DNA of 62,347 nt, counting the filler, from Pirum gemmata (lineage: Eukaryota), in NCBI GenBank assembly GCA_002812295.1. It is 10 parts of 10 records of this genome, joined end to end, with 100 filler letters (N's around TTAATTAATTAA, not from the genome) between each part and the next. Parts side by side here need not be neighbours in the genome. Positions count along the whole stretch, not along the records: positions 7,516 to 13,504 come from PDIN01000371.1; positions 13,605 to 19,615 come from PDIN01000372.1; positions 19,716 to 25,726 come from PDIN01000373.1; 7 more parts are not named here. The stretch is one strand, 5' to 3'. How positions within the stretch are numbered: position 1 is the stretch's first letter; every line of letters begins with the position of its first letter. Both the position numbers and the translations under genes were made by a program. Below, piece by piece: positions 12,029 to 24,559 of this stretch. Below the pieces are notes generated by a model. The model had not been told where the DNA came from. It saw nothing but the letters and a program-made list of their open reading frames with translations, and ran no database searches.

Positions 12029-13158
12029 CTAGTAACAAACCTATTTGAATTTCAAATAGGATACGAAGCACAAGGGACGTAAAGAGCGTATGATTTTTGG
12101 TAAGTTTAATTATATTTTGACGCAAAATTAGGAAATATAATTTTTATTACAGAAAAGAGCCTAGTGAGTTAAGGCACCGACTGTAGCAGGTCACAGGGAG
12201 TACAGTAGTATTGGTGGGTTACAAAACTTTCGATAATCGGTAGCTTAAAAGTTATTTTCTGTTTGTTATTTTAGAAATTCTCTTCCCTAATGCCTGATCT
12301 CTTATAATTTCAATAATAGTATAATGCAAGTGTACCTTCAACAAATTTATTGTTTTTTAAAATAAAGATATTTTAGTTATAAAGTAACGTTTTAATGTCA
12401 TTTTATTTGTTATTCAGTGCTACAGTAGCACCCATCATTTTTGCCTTATCATCACATAATCTTTATATATAAGGAAAAGATAATATAACACATTTCAAAA
12501 CCTGTACTGTAGTATTGTGTCTGGTCATACCAGTATTTGCAGTGGTCAAACTAGTGTTATTTTTAAGAGTCTGATTTACACCAGTAACTTGCGGTACTAA
12601 ATAGGAGAATACTAATAATTTGATTTATAATGTATCATGACCAAAAGGTCTCTTTTCACTATTCAAATTAAAGAAATACTAATCACTGATTGATTAGAAC
12701 ACAATACAACTGTGAAAGCAAAACGGAACTTAAAAAGTAAAACCTGTTCAGCTTTGATATCAGTAAAACAACGTTAAATCAGATAAGATCAGATAAAGCT
12801 GTAGGTTTACATTTTAAACTAAAAATGGTTTTGTTCGGTAAAGTTAAAATTAGTAATAAATAAAATGATCAAACTAAGAAAAAAATTCCCCTAACATTTT
12901 TTTATAATGGTCTAGTAACATGTCAGTAGGATGAGAGCATAGCTTACTATTAACACAGGCAAAAGCGTACTCCATTTCTTTCCAATAAAAAAGTTTCTTA
13001 AATAAACTGATAAAAAAATATTTATTTCAATACTACTGTATATAAGTCCTCAATATTTACAACAAACTCTTTTCATTATCTATAATTATAACAATATTCA
13101 TATATTCACTATGTGACTCCAATTTCGATAAACTCAAAAAGACAATTCAAGGTGCAAC

Positions 13159-13271
13159 CATATCGCGAACATGTGTTTGGTTCTTAATTTCCAAAATGCG
13201 ATGATTATTTTGCAAAACTTCCCATCGAATAAGCTCCTTAGTTTCTGAGTTTAATATAGCATACTTGTATT
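13159..13271 (-). CDS. Exon encoding the C-terminal part of a CBM20 (starch-binding)-like domain
   Basis: Polypyrimidine tract plus ACAG acceptor, then EYKYAILNSETKELIRWEVLQNNHRIL, resembling the CBM20 EYKY...WE..NR motif. Donor position is uncertain. Confidence 0.5.
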
Positions 13272-13461
13272 CTGTCCGTACAAACAAAAAAAAAGAATGC
13301 AAAACATTAAAAACAATTAGAACATGCATTGATAAAATACAGTCACAATAATACAACAGCAGCTAATACAATACGAACGTTTACATCGAGGTTCGAAAAT
13401 CACCAAATTTCAAACGAGAAATTGTCATATTCTGTTTCACTTTTTAGTTTTACTTTGTTTT

Positions 13462-13504
<43 letters not shown>

Positions 13505-13604
13505 NNNNNNNNNNNNNNNNNNNNNNNNNNNNNNNNNNNNNNNNNNNNTTAATTAATTAANNNNNNNNNNNNNNNNNNNNNNNNNNNNNNNNNNNNNNNN
13601 NNNN

Positions 13605-13655
13605 TAGGGTTAGGGTTAGGGTTAGGGTTAGGGTCAGGGTTAGGGTTAGGGTTAG
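13605..13655. repeat. (TTAGGG)n at contig start
   Basis: About 8 units. The G-rich strand at the left end of the piece is the wrong polarity for a true left telomere. Confidence 0.9.
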
Positions 13656-13725
13656 ATCCGAATTATTTATCAAGACCAACAGATGTGAATCATATCTGTG
13701 AATCATATGATACATAGACTAGCTA

Positions 13726-13913
13726 TCGTGCTTTTTAGTTGTTTTGTTTTGTCATGATAAAATATAAAATAAAGAGTAGCAAATTAATACAATATAAATC
13801 CATTTCATTTAATTTATAGTATATTTTATTATCCATTTATTCATTTAATAATGTCAATTAAAAAATTATAACCAACCCAATAAATATTCGGAGTGACAAC
13901 AAAAATGAAAAGC
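13726..13913 (+). mobile_element. MITE-like family A copy
   Basis: About 185 bp with ends TCGTGCTTTT.../...TGAAAAGC; aligns by eye with the other family A copies. Confidence 0.75.
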
Positions 13914-15478
13914 TAGACTAGAGTAGACTAGTAGAAATAGACAAGCTACTAGAGGTAGGCTCAGGTAGTAGACATCGTCACATCGATATTAATTAAAGAC
14001 ACTGATAATTTATAAAAATATTGGATAGATTGGATAGTATACGTAGTATCGATAGTGGCTATCATATGCTACAGACCCCTGGGTCCCCAGTAGAATCCTA
14101 CTATCGATAGCTAGCTAGATAGATCCTACTAGCTGAACTTTAGTACTACAGCGCAGCTGAGTCAGGCTCAGTAAGCCCCAGTCAGCCCGATTGATTCTTC
14201 AGCACCCCAGTCAACACGACTGATTCTTCAGCAGTGAATCAGCACCCCAGCTCCCACAACTCTACCTGGTAGAGGCTTAGAGCTATCGATATCATATTGA
14301 TATTGATACTACCATAGCTACAGTAGCTATGAATCCCTATGATATGAATATCATATATATATTTGAGCCCTTTATTTATAAAATATAGAGTATCAATTTG
14401 ATATGATATGATATCAAATCTGTACTATCATACTCTAGTAGCTAGCTAGCTAGTAGTAGTAGTACTGTAGTACTACTACAGCAAAAGACTATGATAGCTA
14501 GCATGACATTGAAAACCAGCTGTTGAAAACTATCCAGACAGCTCTAGCTAGGTAGTAATAGTGTAGTGTAGTAATAGTGTAGTAATGCATAGTTGCATAC
14601 TTGCAAGTATACTTTACAGCAGCATTCTGCAGCAGCATAAGCCGCCTCTCCTTAGACTCCTTTTTTTAAAAAAAATAGTTTAGGTGGCTGCCAAAATTGA
14701 AAACTCTCTATAGTCTATAGGCTAATATAGCCAAAACTCCTCTCAAAGGCTAGTTAGTAGTAGAGTGTTAGTAGCTACCAACCAGCTTAGTCTAGCTAGT
14801 AGCTAGCTAGCTAGCTAGCTAGACAGCCTAGACTCAAAGAGTCAAAGGTGAGTCTTCAGGGTGAGTCTTATTATTAGAGGTGAGTCTAAGCTCTAAGGTG
14901 AGTCTAAGAGTCTTAGTTGACGCTTTTTTAAAAAATAAGGATTTACTTTTTTTTTTTTAAAGTTTTTAATTAATTAAAAAAAAAAAAAAAACCCTTAGAT
15001 CGAACCAATTAACGCCATCCCTCGTGAGCATATTTCTCCTTTTTTAGCTTTTGTTAACTTTTTGTGCTCTTTTAGCTCTTTTTGTTCTGAGTATATCCAG
15101 GTATATCCACCAGAAGGTCCAGAATCTTCTGATTATCAATTTATCATACCCCGATACCCGACAGCTACTCAGCGCAGTAACTACCATCTGATACCTGCAG
15201 CTGGATACCTGGGTCTACTACTACTAGCTAGTAGTACTATCGATAGTAGTACTATCGATACTGGTAGGGGTTCTAGCTAGCTAGCTAGCTACTAGCTAGT
15301 CTCTCTATCCTACTTCTAACTAAAGCTATCATAGACTAGCTATGATATCTGATATTGATCTGGATATTGATATTATCATAATATGTTTATTATGATATCA
15401 TACAAGGACTTCTTCAAATTGATAATTATGATATAGACCCCGGTCTTGACCTATCATATTATATTATGATATAATATA

Positions 15479-15663
15479 TAGTGCTTTTCAGTTGTTTTGG
15501 CATCATAAAATATACAATAAATAGTACCAAACTAAAATAATATAAATCCATTTCATTTAATTTGGTATATTTTATTATCTATTTACTCATTTAAAATTGT
15601 CAATTTAAATGTTATAATCCACCAAATAAATATTCAGAGTGGCAACATAAATGAAAAGCACAG
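15479..15663 (+). mobile_element. MITE-like family A copy
   Basis: TIRs GTGCTTTTCA / TGAAAAGCAC and the shared internal sequence. Confidence 0.8.
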
Positions 15664-15818
15664 TAATATCGACCTACTACCTAGTCCAGCTAGCTAGTGG
15701 GGAATACAGGGGGGTGATAGTGGGGGGATTATCACTTCATAGCAGTACCCAGCTAGAGTATGACATAGGTCTAATTATGATAGACTAGCTAGAGGGGACG
15801 ACAGAGGCTGGCTACACT

Positions 15819-16080
15819 CGAAAATACTAAAAAGTCACATAGACTATGGAATCATGGAGTATGGATACTATGTTAAACCCAAAGAAAACCAACAAGACAG
15901 TGGAGTCAGAGTGGACGTCGAAAACCCAACCTTTTCAATGACAATATAAATAGAAGAATCAATACAAAAAGAATATCACATGATACCGAAAATACTAAAA
16001 AGTCACATAGACTATGGATACTAACCCAAAGAAAACCAACAAACAGTGGACGTCGAAACCCCAACCTTTTCAATGTCAAT
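15819..16080. repeat. Local direct duplication of about 95-125 bp
   Basis: CGAAAATACTAAAAAGTCACATAGACTATGGA...GTGGACGTCGAAA..CCCAACCTTTTCAATG at ~15819-15945 and ~15987-16080. Confidence 0.85.
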
Positions 16081-16829
16081 ATTGTTCCAAAGAATTTCCA
16101 CCCTACCTAGCAGAAAACACTGACATTTATTTATTTATTTATTTATTTATTTATTAAAATATTTTTAACACTACTATGAATCTATAATATATATGATAGC
16201 CAGTCAAGGACAGCGATAATGCAAAAATTCATACTTTTATAATATAAAAATATAAAGTAGACTATACGCTCTGAACGAGGTACTACAGCGGGGCACGGCT
16301 GTAATTTGTTTGCTTTATATATATATAATATAAACAACCAGTTTATAAAATTAATTATGATATTGTATTTAAAAGGGTGTGATACGGCAATATTTTTTCA
16401 ATGGATCTTACGAAGCGTTCTCCTTCGATATCTAGCCTTCGATATAAGGTTGGCAAATGAGATAATATATAGCTATTTGGGAGAAAACCAACAAACAATG
16501 TTCTGCTCTTTTACGTACCCCCCCCCCCCCCCCCCCNNNNNNNNNNACAAAACCAAAAAACTGATATTGGCCCCCCCTGGGTGTGAATTTTGTTGTATTT
16601 CACCAAGAGCAGTAATAACTATTATTACTCTTGATACCACGAAAAGAAACAATACAAAAGCCAACTATATCCCTAAAGTATAATTTACCAGAATAGCGAA
16701 ACTCAGTACTAGTTTTTATTTTGTAAAAGGAATCAATAATATTAATAACATTATCAATTTCTCCGGAGTAATTCTTACTGGGTCCATTCTCTTCCCCAAG
16801 TTTAAAGCTGTTGCTTCATGCTCGAGATC

Positions 16830-19492
16830 CTACCTCCCCTCTCTCCCCCTACCTCTATTATTGCTCCGCTCCCTTCTATCCTTATTACTACCTTTGTTCC
16901 TCCCTCCGTCCCAGTTCTTATCACCGACTTTATCCATACCCCTATCCTCTTCCTCCCGGTCCCTGCCCCCCTCCCTGTCTCTGTCTCTGTCTCCGTCTCT
17001 GTCTCTATCCCTCTCCCTGCTTTTGAACCTACCCCTGTCCCTGTCCCTACCCCTATCACTTCCTCTGTCTCTGTCCTTGTCAACCCTGTCCCTGTCAGCC
17101 CTGTCCCTGTCAACCCTGTCCCTGTCCCTGTCAACCCTGCCCCTGTCCCTGTCAACCCTGCCCCTGTCCCTGTCAACCCTGCCCCTGTCCCTGTCAACCC
17201 TGTCCCTGTCCCTGTCAATCCTGCCCCTGTCAACCTTGTCCCTGTCAACCATGTTCCTATCCTGTGTTTTTGTGTCAGCCCTGTCCCTGTCGTCATCCCT
17301 TTCCCTTTTACTGTCTTTAGTATACGTGTTCCTTTCCTTTTCGTTGGCTCTGTCGCTACCACTGCCCGTATCTCTGTCCCCGTTCTTGTCCCTGTCCTTA
17401 TCCTTTTCGTTAACAGAGTCTCCGTTTTTATTCCTATTAACAGGCTTTTCCTTTTCTTTGTCCCTCTCCCCACTTTTACACCCTTCACCCCTTTCGGGGC
17501 TGGATCTTGGACTGCGGCTTATACTTCTACTTGTACTACGATTATGACTACGACTTCTACTTTTACTTATGTTGCGATCGCGACTACGACTTCTACTTAC
17601 GCTACGATCGCGACTACGGCTTATACTACATTCGCGACTACGGCTTATACTACGATCGCGACTACGGCTTATACTACGATCGCGACTACAGCTTATACTA
17701 CGATCGCGACTACGGCTTATACTACGATCGCGACTACGGCTTATACTACGATCGCGACTACGGCTTATACTGCGACTAGTACCACGAGCCCTAGGACTTG
17801 AGCCTCGCCCACGTTTATTTCTTCCTTTTCTCTCTGTTTTATGTTTTTTATGTTTTTTCTTTTTCTTTTTCGACTTCTTGCTTTTCTTTGAATTTTTGCT
17901 GGAGCCCCCGCTTTCACGTATACCCTTTTCATCATTTTGAAAAGATTTTTCTCCGTCAGCTTCTTCCCAATCACTCACATCGTGTCCTTCCATCACTTCA
18001 TGGGAAGGACCAGTCCCTTTCAGTGCGGATCTTCTGTTCCTATTTAATCGAATAAATAACATAATAAATCAATACAAATTACATCAATTTCACAGACGGC
18101 ATCAATAGTCTTCGTTTTCAATTAATACAACAGCAACAACTATAGCAACACACAACAACAGAAAAATATCAATGATAAAAATAACAATTATTATAGCAGA
18201 AAAGTATCAATAAAATAACGAAAATGATTATAACAATATCATTGTCCTTATTACTATTATTATTACTCATGCTAGTATCATTAATATTGTCAAAATTAGC
18301 ACCATGCAAATATCTTATGATTACATGCAACAATGTAATTATTGATGAGACTATTAATCACAACATTACCAACATCACTTCCACGATTCTTAGTAAATCA
18401 TGATATTGTGATATTTCATTGTAATTTAAATTTAAATTATCATTAATAATAGTACTAATGTTGTTTGTTACTAATAACATTATTTTACAAACTTAAAACA
18501 GCAGAATCAAAAAGAATCAGACAGATAATGTAAAACAAAACGTACATCCCAAAACCAACCCCTTTAACTCTTTCACCGCCATCGTTATCAACAAAGTGTT
18601 CGTGCTTCAAAATTTCTTGTTTATCCTAAGAAAAAAACAAGGGACATCGTTAAAAACAAGCATAGCAGAACAAAACATGGCAAAAATTAAAAAGCAACAA
18701 AATAAAAATAAGAAACAAAAACTGAAACTAAATAATAACAACTTACTACTAACAAAATAACAGCGAACTAAAAACTTAAAAAAAAATAAACGAGTACAAC
18801 ACAAGCTAACAAATAACAAATATTAAATATGAAAATTAATTTAGCAAATAAAAAACAACAAAAAAGAAAAATAACAAAAAAGAAAAATAACAAAAATAAT
18901 TATAACCAACTAAAAAAATTAAAAAAAAATAACAAAATAATAATTACAAAAAAAAATAATAATAAATTAATAAAACAATAAAACAACAAAATATTAAAAG
19001 CTGACAAACCAACAAAATAATAAAATATCAAAATACAAAATATGAAACATAATAATAATAATAAAATATCCAAAAATCAAAAACAAAAATAAATCAAAAC
19101 GAAAAGTGAAGTCCGTTTATCAATACATCTTGAGAAAGCTCTACAGTACCACACGTTATTTCTTCACCAGCCCTGGGTTAAGTGAGAGTGGCAGAGAGAT
19201 AAAGAAAAAAAACGTAAGAAAAATGATAAGAATGATGTTTAAGTGTAAAGTAATAATGATAGATGATAGAATTTGTAATCTCGGCAAGGCCAGTACCATT
19301 ATCATTATTACCGCTGGTACAGTACGGGTCATTAACAAAAAGAAAAATCTCACAAAGGGTAAAATATGTACATTAAATAGAGAAAGATGAAAAACTATAC
19401 TTACAACATTTGAGCTGTGATTCTTGCTTCTTGTTCTTTTAAATATGCCAATTCTCTTTTTCTCTTCTCTGCTTCGGCATCACCGAGTAAAC
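16830..19492 (-). CDS. MMTAG2: MMTAG2/C1orf35-like protein with long RS/RD-rich tail (spliced, 5' exons missing at contig edge)
   Basis: Phase-consistent GT-AG exons 19492-19405, 19172-19127, 18625-18546 and 18039-16830 give ...KRKRELAYLKEQEARITAQMLAGEEITCGTVELSQDDKQEILKHEHFVDNDGGERVKGVGFG..., then a poly-K NLS, (SRSRDRSI)n and (DRDRGRV)n. This resembles the post-MMtag region; the diagnostic N-terminal MMtag domain is not in the window. Confidence 0.65.
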
Positions 19493-20185
19493 CTTAAATA
19501 TATATTTAGAAAAAAGATTTGATTTATAAGTAAAATAGATATGAAATATAACCACCACCGCTACCACCACAAGAAAACAATCATTTAAACAATCTTTAAT
19601 TTTTAACATTATAAGNNNNNNNNNNNNNNNNNNNNNNNNNNNNNNNNNNNNNNNNNNNNTTAATTAATTAANNNNNNNNNNNNNNNNNNNNNNNNNNNNN
19701 NNNNNNNNNNNNNNNAATAATATGTGGTTAATTACTTTAATTACCGATATCGATATATCGATATAATAATTATTATAATAATGAAAAGCCAAAGCCAAAA
19801 AAACAATAATACCAAGAAAAATTTAATTGTGTTTGTATTTTTTATTTATTAATTAATTTTTTTATTTTAGTTTTATTTTATTATTATATTTAACGTTTCA
19901 TTTTTATTTATTGTTTATTTATTTTATTTTTATTTTTATTTATTTATTTTATTTTATTTATTGATTTATTTAATTTATTTTATTCGTATTTTTTGATTTT
20001 TTTATTTTAATTTTATTTTATTATATTTTATTTATTGTTTATTTATTTTATTTTATTTATATTTATTTAATTTATTTAATTTATTTATTGATTTATTTTA
20101 TTTTATTCGTATTTAATTGAATCTTTTCATATTCCGTGTGTTATTTGTGATTATTACTATTTACCTATATAAATATAATATAATA

Positions 20186-22759
20186 ATGTCGGAGGAACAA
20201 AGGATAGGGAATTACATTGTTGGTAAAACTTTAGGAAAGGGTAGATTTTCAACAGTTAAATATGCAACGCATGCTTTAACAAGTTCTGCTGTTGCAATTA
20301 AAGTTGTTATGAAAAACGAAATTCCACCACAAGATTTAAGGGTATTAGTTCGTGAAATGCAAATAATGAAGTTACTGGAACACCCTAATATTGTGAAATT
20401 GTATGAGGTTATCAATACTAAGAATGCATTTTGTTTAGTTTTAGAATATGTGGATGGTTGTAGTTTAGGTGAAATAATGGGAAATTCTAAAAAAGGAAAA
20501 CATATTGCAAAGGTAAAGGCTAGACAGTGGATAGCACAGTTAAGTGACGCTGTAGCTTATTGTCATGGAAAGTATGTTTGTCACAGAGATATAAAACCTG
20601 ATAACATATTAATAACTCAATCAGGAGTAGCCAAATTGGCAGATTTTGGGTTCTCCAACATATGTAATGATTTGTTCGATACACACTGTGGCACTCCGTA
20701 CTTTGCCGCACCTGAGTTATTCCGTAAAGATCCATATTTTGGTCCTAGTGTGGATGTTTGGGCTTTAGGTATATTATTATACTTGATGAGTTTTGGTCGA
20801 TTACCTTTTGATGGCGAAAAATTAAGAAATATAATACAAAAGGGGCACTATACTATACCTGAGGATTGTAAAGATGAATTACGTTATTTGATTATTTCCC
20901 TGTTACAACTGAACCCGAACGACAGGTTAACTGCACAAGAACTAAGAGACCATTCTTATTTTGCCAAATACAATGGTACTAGCTTTGTATCAGCTTCCGA
21001 TATGAATACTAATAATATGAGTTTAACTAGTTATAATAGTAGTAATGTAAGTGATAATTATCTAAACAATGCGTCCGAAGACGGGGACGAAAAGGAAGTA
21101 GATTCTGACGTCATAGCTATAATGGAGTACATGGGGTTTGATCAACAAGAAATATTTAATTCGATTTTAGGTAATAAGTATGATCAAGTACAAGCTGTAT
21201 ACCATTTACTTTGTGACAGTGAATATTTAGGTGATTATAAATTAAAACTTTTACAAACTCAACTTGCCACCTCAAGCAAAGCTCCAAGTTCCTTACCTAA
21301 CATGGGTACAATTGATGAATCAAAACGATCAAAACTGCCATCTCAACACCCAATACGAAAACGATCCCAAACTATTGAGAATCATGCGGTTGAGGAGGAA
21401 GATGAAGAAGAAACCAATTCTAGTATGCAACGGTCTCAATCAACAAGTGCAAGTGTGCTAAAATCACACCATCACCGACCACCACCAAACCCACTACTAA
21501 AATCACAATCACAATCACAATCACAATCACAATCACAATCACAATCACAATCACAATCACAATCACAATCACGATCACAATCACAATCACAATCACAATC
21601 ACAATCCCCAACACCAACACCTACCCAAACACAATCGCAAAACCAAAATAATAATGGGCGTTATGCAGGGGAAGCTAGTGCACCACACAACACAACACCA
21701 GCTCCGCCAAAACGAAGATCACGTTCATCTTCTATCACACGTGTATTTGAATTTTTAAATCCATTTTCAAGCAGTAAACAAACAAACGCATTTTTTGTTG
21801 ATTATAGTAACCAAATTGTTTGTGTTGATACAAACAACCCTGACTCAAATAGAAGTTCAGGTTCGGCCACACCGACAACAATTATTAACTCTCCTAATAA
21901 CAATACGAATGATAATAACCCACGCAGTATTCTAACGCCAACCGAAGAAAAAACATCACGACGTCGTAGTTACGGTGTGCTGAGTGGCTCTAGAGTCGTC
22001 CCTAGCTCAGATTCTTTTAACAGCCGTGGTAGAAGCAAAAGTACAGGAGGTCAAGATTACAAGTTAAATGTCAACTCAAACAAACTACAACAACAGCAGC
22101 AAAATGGAAAATTAGTTAGGGCAACATCAACAGATAATACTAATATAGATAAATTAAATATCAGTCCTTCTCCAAGAAGGGTTAATTCAATGAATTTTAA
22201 AAATATTTTTCGCTCATTTTCTTCCACTTCTGCTACACCAGAGCCAGCGCAAGAATTTCGAAAAGAAAATCGCAATCCAAAGCAATCACCTCCCGTTAGT
22301 ATGCCATCATCCAAATCATCTCTTTCTGCTGGTATTGCCACTCAGCAATATTTGATGACAAATTTACAACCTCAAAGTAACGAGTCCATCGGTACCCCAT
22401 CAAAATCGCCCGCACCCCCACCATCACCATTATCACCGAGAACTAAAGGTCGTAGTATTTCTTTGGGACAACAACATGCGTTACACGCGCAAGGTGTCCC
22501 AATAGTAAAAGAAAAGAAAAAGCGACGAAGTTCTCATTCCCATACCCCAATACCAAATTTTATTCAAAATAATAATAGTAGCAATAATACCAGTAATAGC
22601 AATAGCAATAGCAATAGTGCAGATAACAGTGTAAGCAATAGTCCACAAGCCCAACCTCAAGAAAATAATAGCGGCTTTCCTATCAGAAAAAGTTTTTCTT
22701 TAACACGAAAATACATGTCTAGTGGTAATAATAATAGTGGTAATCCCGTTTTTGCCTGA
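20186..22759 (+). CDS. CAMKL (MARK/SIK/AMPK-related) Ser/Thr protein kinase with UBA domain and long disordered tail
   Basis: ATG at 20186 (MSEEQRIGNY); motifs GKGRFSTV, VAIK, HRDIKPDN, DFG, activation loop DTHCGTPYFAAPE, DVWALG; UBA-like DVIAIMEYMGFDQQEIFNSILGNKYDQVQAVYHLL; (SQ)n repeat. Single ORF of 857 aa. Confidence 0.93.
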   Translation: MSEEQRIGNYIVGKTLGKGRFSTVKYATHALTSSAVAIKVVMKNEIPPQDLRVLVREMQIMKLLEHPNIVKLYEVINTKNAFCLVLEYVDGCSLGEIMGNSKKGKHIAKVKARQWIAQLSDAVAYCHGKYVCHRDIKPDNILITQSGVAKLADFGFSNICNDLFDTHCGTPYFAAPELFRKDPYFGPSVDVWALGILLYLMSFGRLPFDGEKLRNIIQKGHYTIPEDCKDELRYLIISLLQLNPNDRLTAQELRDHSYFAKYNGTSFVSASDMNTNNMSLTSYNSSNVSDNYLNNASEDGDEKEVDSDVIAIMEYMGFDQQEIFNSILGNKYDQVQAVYHLLCDSEYLGDYKLKLLQTQLATSSKAPSSLPNMGTIDESKRSKLPSQHPIRKRSQTIENHAVEEEDEEETNSSMQRSQSTSASVLKSHHHRPPPNPLLKSQSQSQSQSQSQSQSQSQSQSQSRSQSQSQSQSQSPTPTPTQTQSQNQNNNGRYAGEASAPHNTTPAPPKRRSRSSSITRVFEFLNPFSSSKQTNAFFVDYSNQIVCVDTNNPDSNRSSGSATPTTIINSPNNNTNDNNPRSILTPTEEKTSRRRSYGVLSGSRVVPSSDSFNSRGRSKSTGGQDYKLNVNSNKLQQQQQNGKLVRATSTDNTNIDKLNISPSPRRVNSMNFKNIFRSFSSTSATPEPAQEFRKENRNPKQSPPVSMPSSKSSLSAGIATQQYLMTNLQPQSNESIGTPSKSPAPPPSPLSPRTKGRSISLGQQHALHAQGVPIVKEKKKRRSSHSHTPIPNFIQNNNSSNNTSNSNSNSNSADNSVSNSPQAQPQENNSGFPIRKSFSLTRKYMSSGNNNSGNPVFA

Positions 22760-23229
22760 AAACCAGTATAAGTAGAGTTTTAACTTCTTTATGGGTAATT
22801 ATTTTTACTTAACATAGACGATTAATTAAATGTACGAAGTAATTATTTGTAATAAAATTTTGTATTTTAATTAAAATAGAGTTAGGGGGTGTATAATGGG
22901 TATAATTGTAGGTAAAGAATCAAGTCATGGTAAAATCTTTAGATTTTCTATTGCGTAACGGTTGGGGACGAAAACAAAGAAAGAAATGGAAAGCTTTGTA
23001 AATTAGATTTCATTCTTGACAAAACTTCAGGATATACTAAGCAAAACGTTAGCAACAAAGTTGTAAATAATAGCACGATATAGTATATTAATATACTATA
23101 TATATTAATATTAATTTAATTAAATGTTAAATTAAAGGACATCTCTTTTGATCTAGAGAAACACAAAGGATGGTTGCTAAATAATATGCTTGTCAATATT
23201 ATCAACATTGACATTAACTATTATCAACA

Positions 23230-24155
23230 TTAACATTAACATTAACATTACCATTACCATTTCTATTATTGGTATCAGTACCAGTATTAATAATATAGTA
23301 TCATAAAAAAATACTATTACCATTAATATTATATCATTCATATGCATATATTACCATTACCATTACCATTTCAGTTGCCATTAAAATATATTACTATTAA
23401 AATATTAATTAACATTAATATATAATTCTATTAATATATTAATTATAAATATTATTAATAATTATATTACCATTGCCATTACTCTTACCATTGCCGTGAC
23501 CATGACCATGACCATGACCATGACCATTACCTAGTCATTGTAATTGCCATTATTATTACCATTACCATTACCATTAATTACTATTACTATTCATATATTA
23601 CCATTACTCTAAAAATAACCTTTAAAACATCACCATAAACATCACCATATATCTATTACCATCACCATAACCATCGCCATGAGCATTACCATTGCCATTA
23701 CTATTTCCATTGCCATTGCGTTACCATCATCATGATCATCGATCACCATATATAATATTACAGTACATATATTAATTACTTTTATTAATAATATTTTTTA
23801 ATATTACCATTTCTCTAACTCTAACCGTACACCATTACCATCATTATACCATTACCATTGCCATTACCGTTAACGTTATAAACGTTACCGTTACCATAAC
23901 TATTACCATTACCATAACCATTACCATTACCATTATTAATACCATTACCATTACCATATGCATTAATTGTTAATTAATACCATTACCATTACCATTACCA
24001 TTAATGTTAATACCATTACCATTACCATTACCATTACCATTACCATTACCATTAATATTACCATTACCATTAATTACCATTATAATTACCATTACCATTA
24101 AGTACCATTAATATATTAATAATACCCTATGCCATTAATATTACCATTGCCATTA
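23230..24155. repeat. Degenerate (ACCATT)n hexamer satellite
   Basis: Directly visible; a related motif occurs on the opposite strand at 52070-52990. Confidence 0.9.
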
Positions 24156-24559
24156 GCATTATTGTATTACTATTACTGATATTCATCTTTAGTAACTTTT
24201 TTTAATTTTTTTTTTATATTATCATAATAATAATAAGGAAATCCCATATTTTTTTTATTTTCGTTTGGTAGAACTAAACGGGGCCAAGGAATATTTACTC
24301 CTGTAAAATGTTTTATAAAATAAAAAAATATTATTTTTATTATATTAATATAAATTTTTTTCTTTTGTGTATTCTTTGTTTTCAAAATTTTTGGTTCATT
24401 TAATATTAATATAAGATGATGGTTTGCTGCATTTTTTATAATAAGGAGTTCCTTCTTCCAAGTTTCTACTGGTACCATATGCATTGTGGTGATAGTTTAT
24501 AGCTAGATCTCTTATATTGATTGTATTATTACTTCATTAATATTGTGGGTTGTTGCTTG

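Noticed and set aside
13605..13655. True chromosome end
   Set aside because: Wrong strand polarity for a left end, and similar arrays occur interstitially.
16125..16520. Possible LINE 3' end with a (TAAA)n tail on the minus strand (HLPTLYRRLDIEGERFVRSI...)
   Set aside because: Only vague resemblance, interrupted by an N gap; cannot be supported without a search.
16802..17940. Overlapping ORFs rich in PV, SL, TG, RL and YD
   Set aside because: Alternative-frame and antisense shadows of the RS/RD repeat exon.
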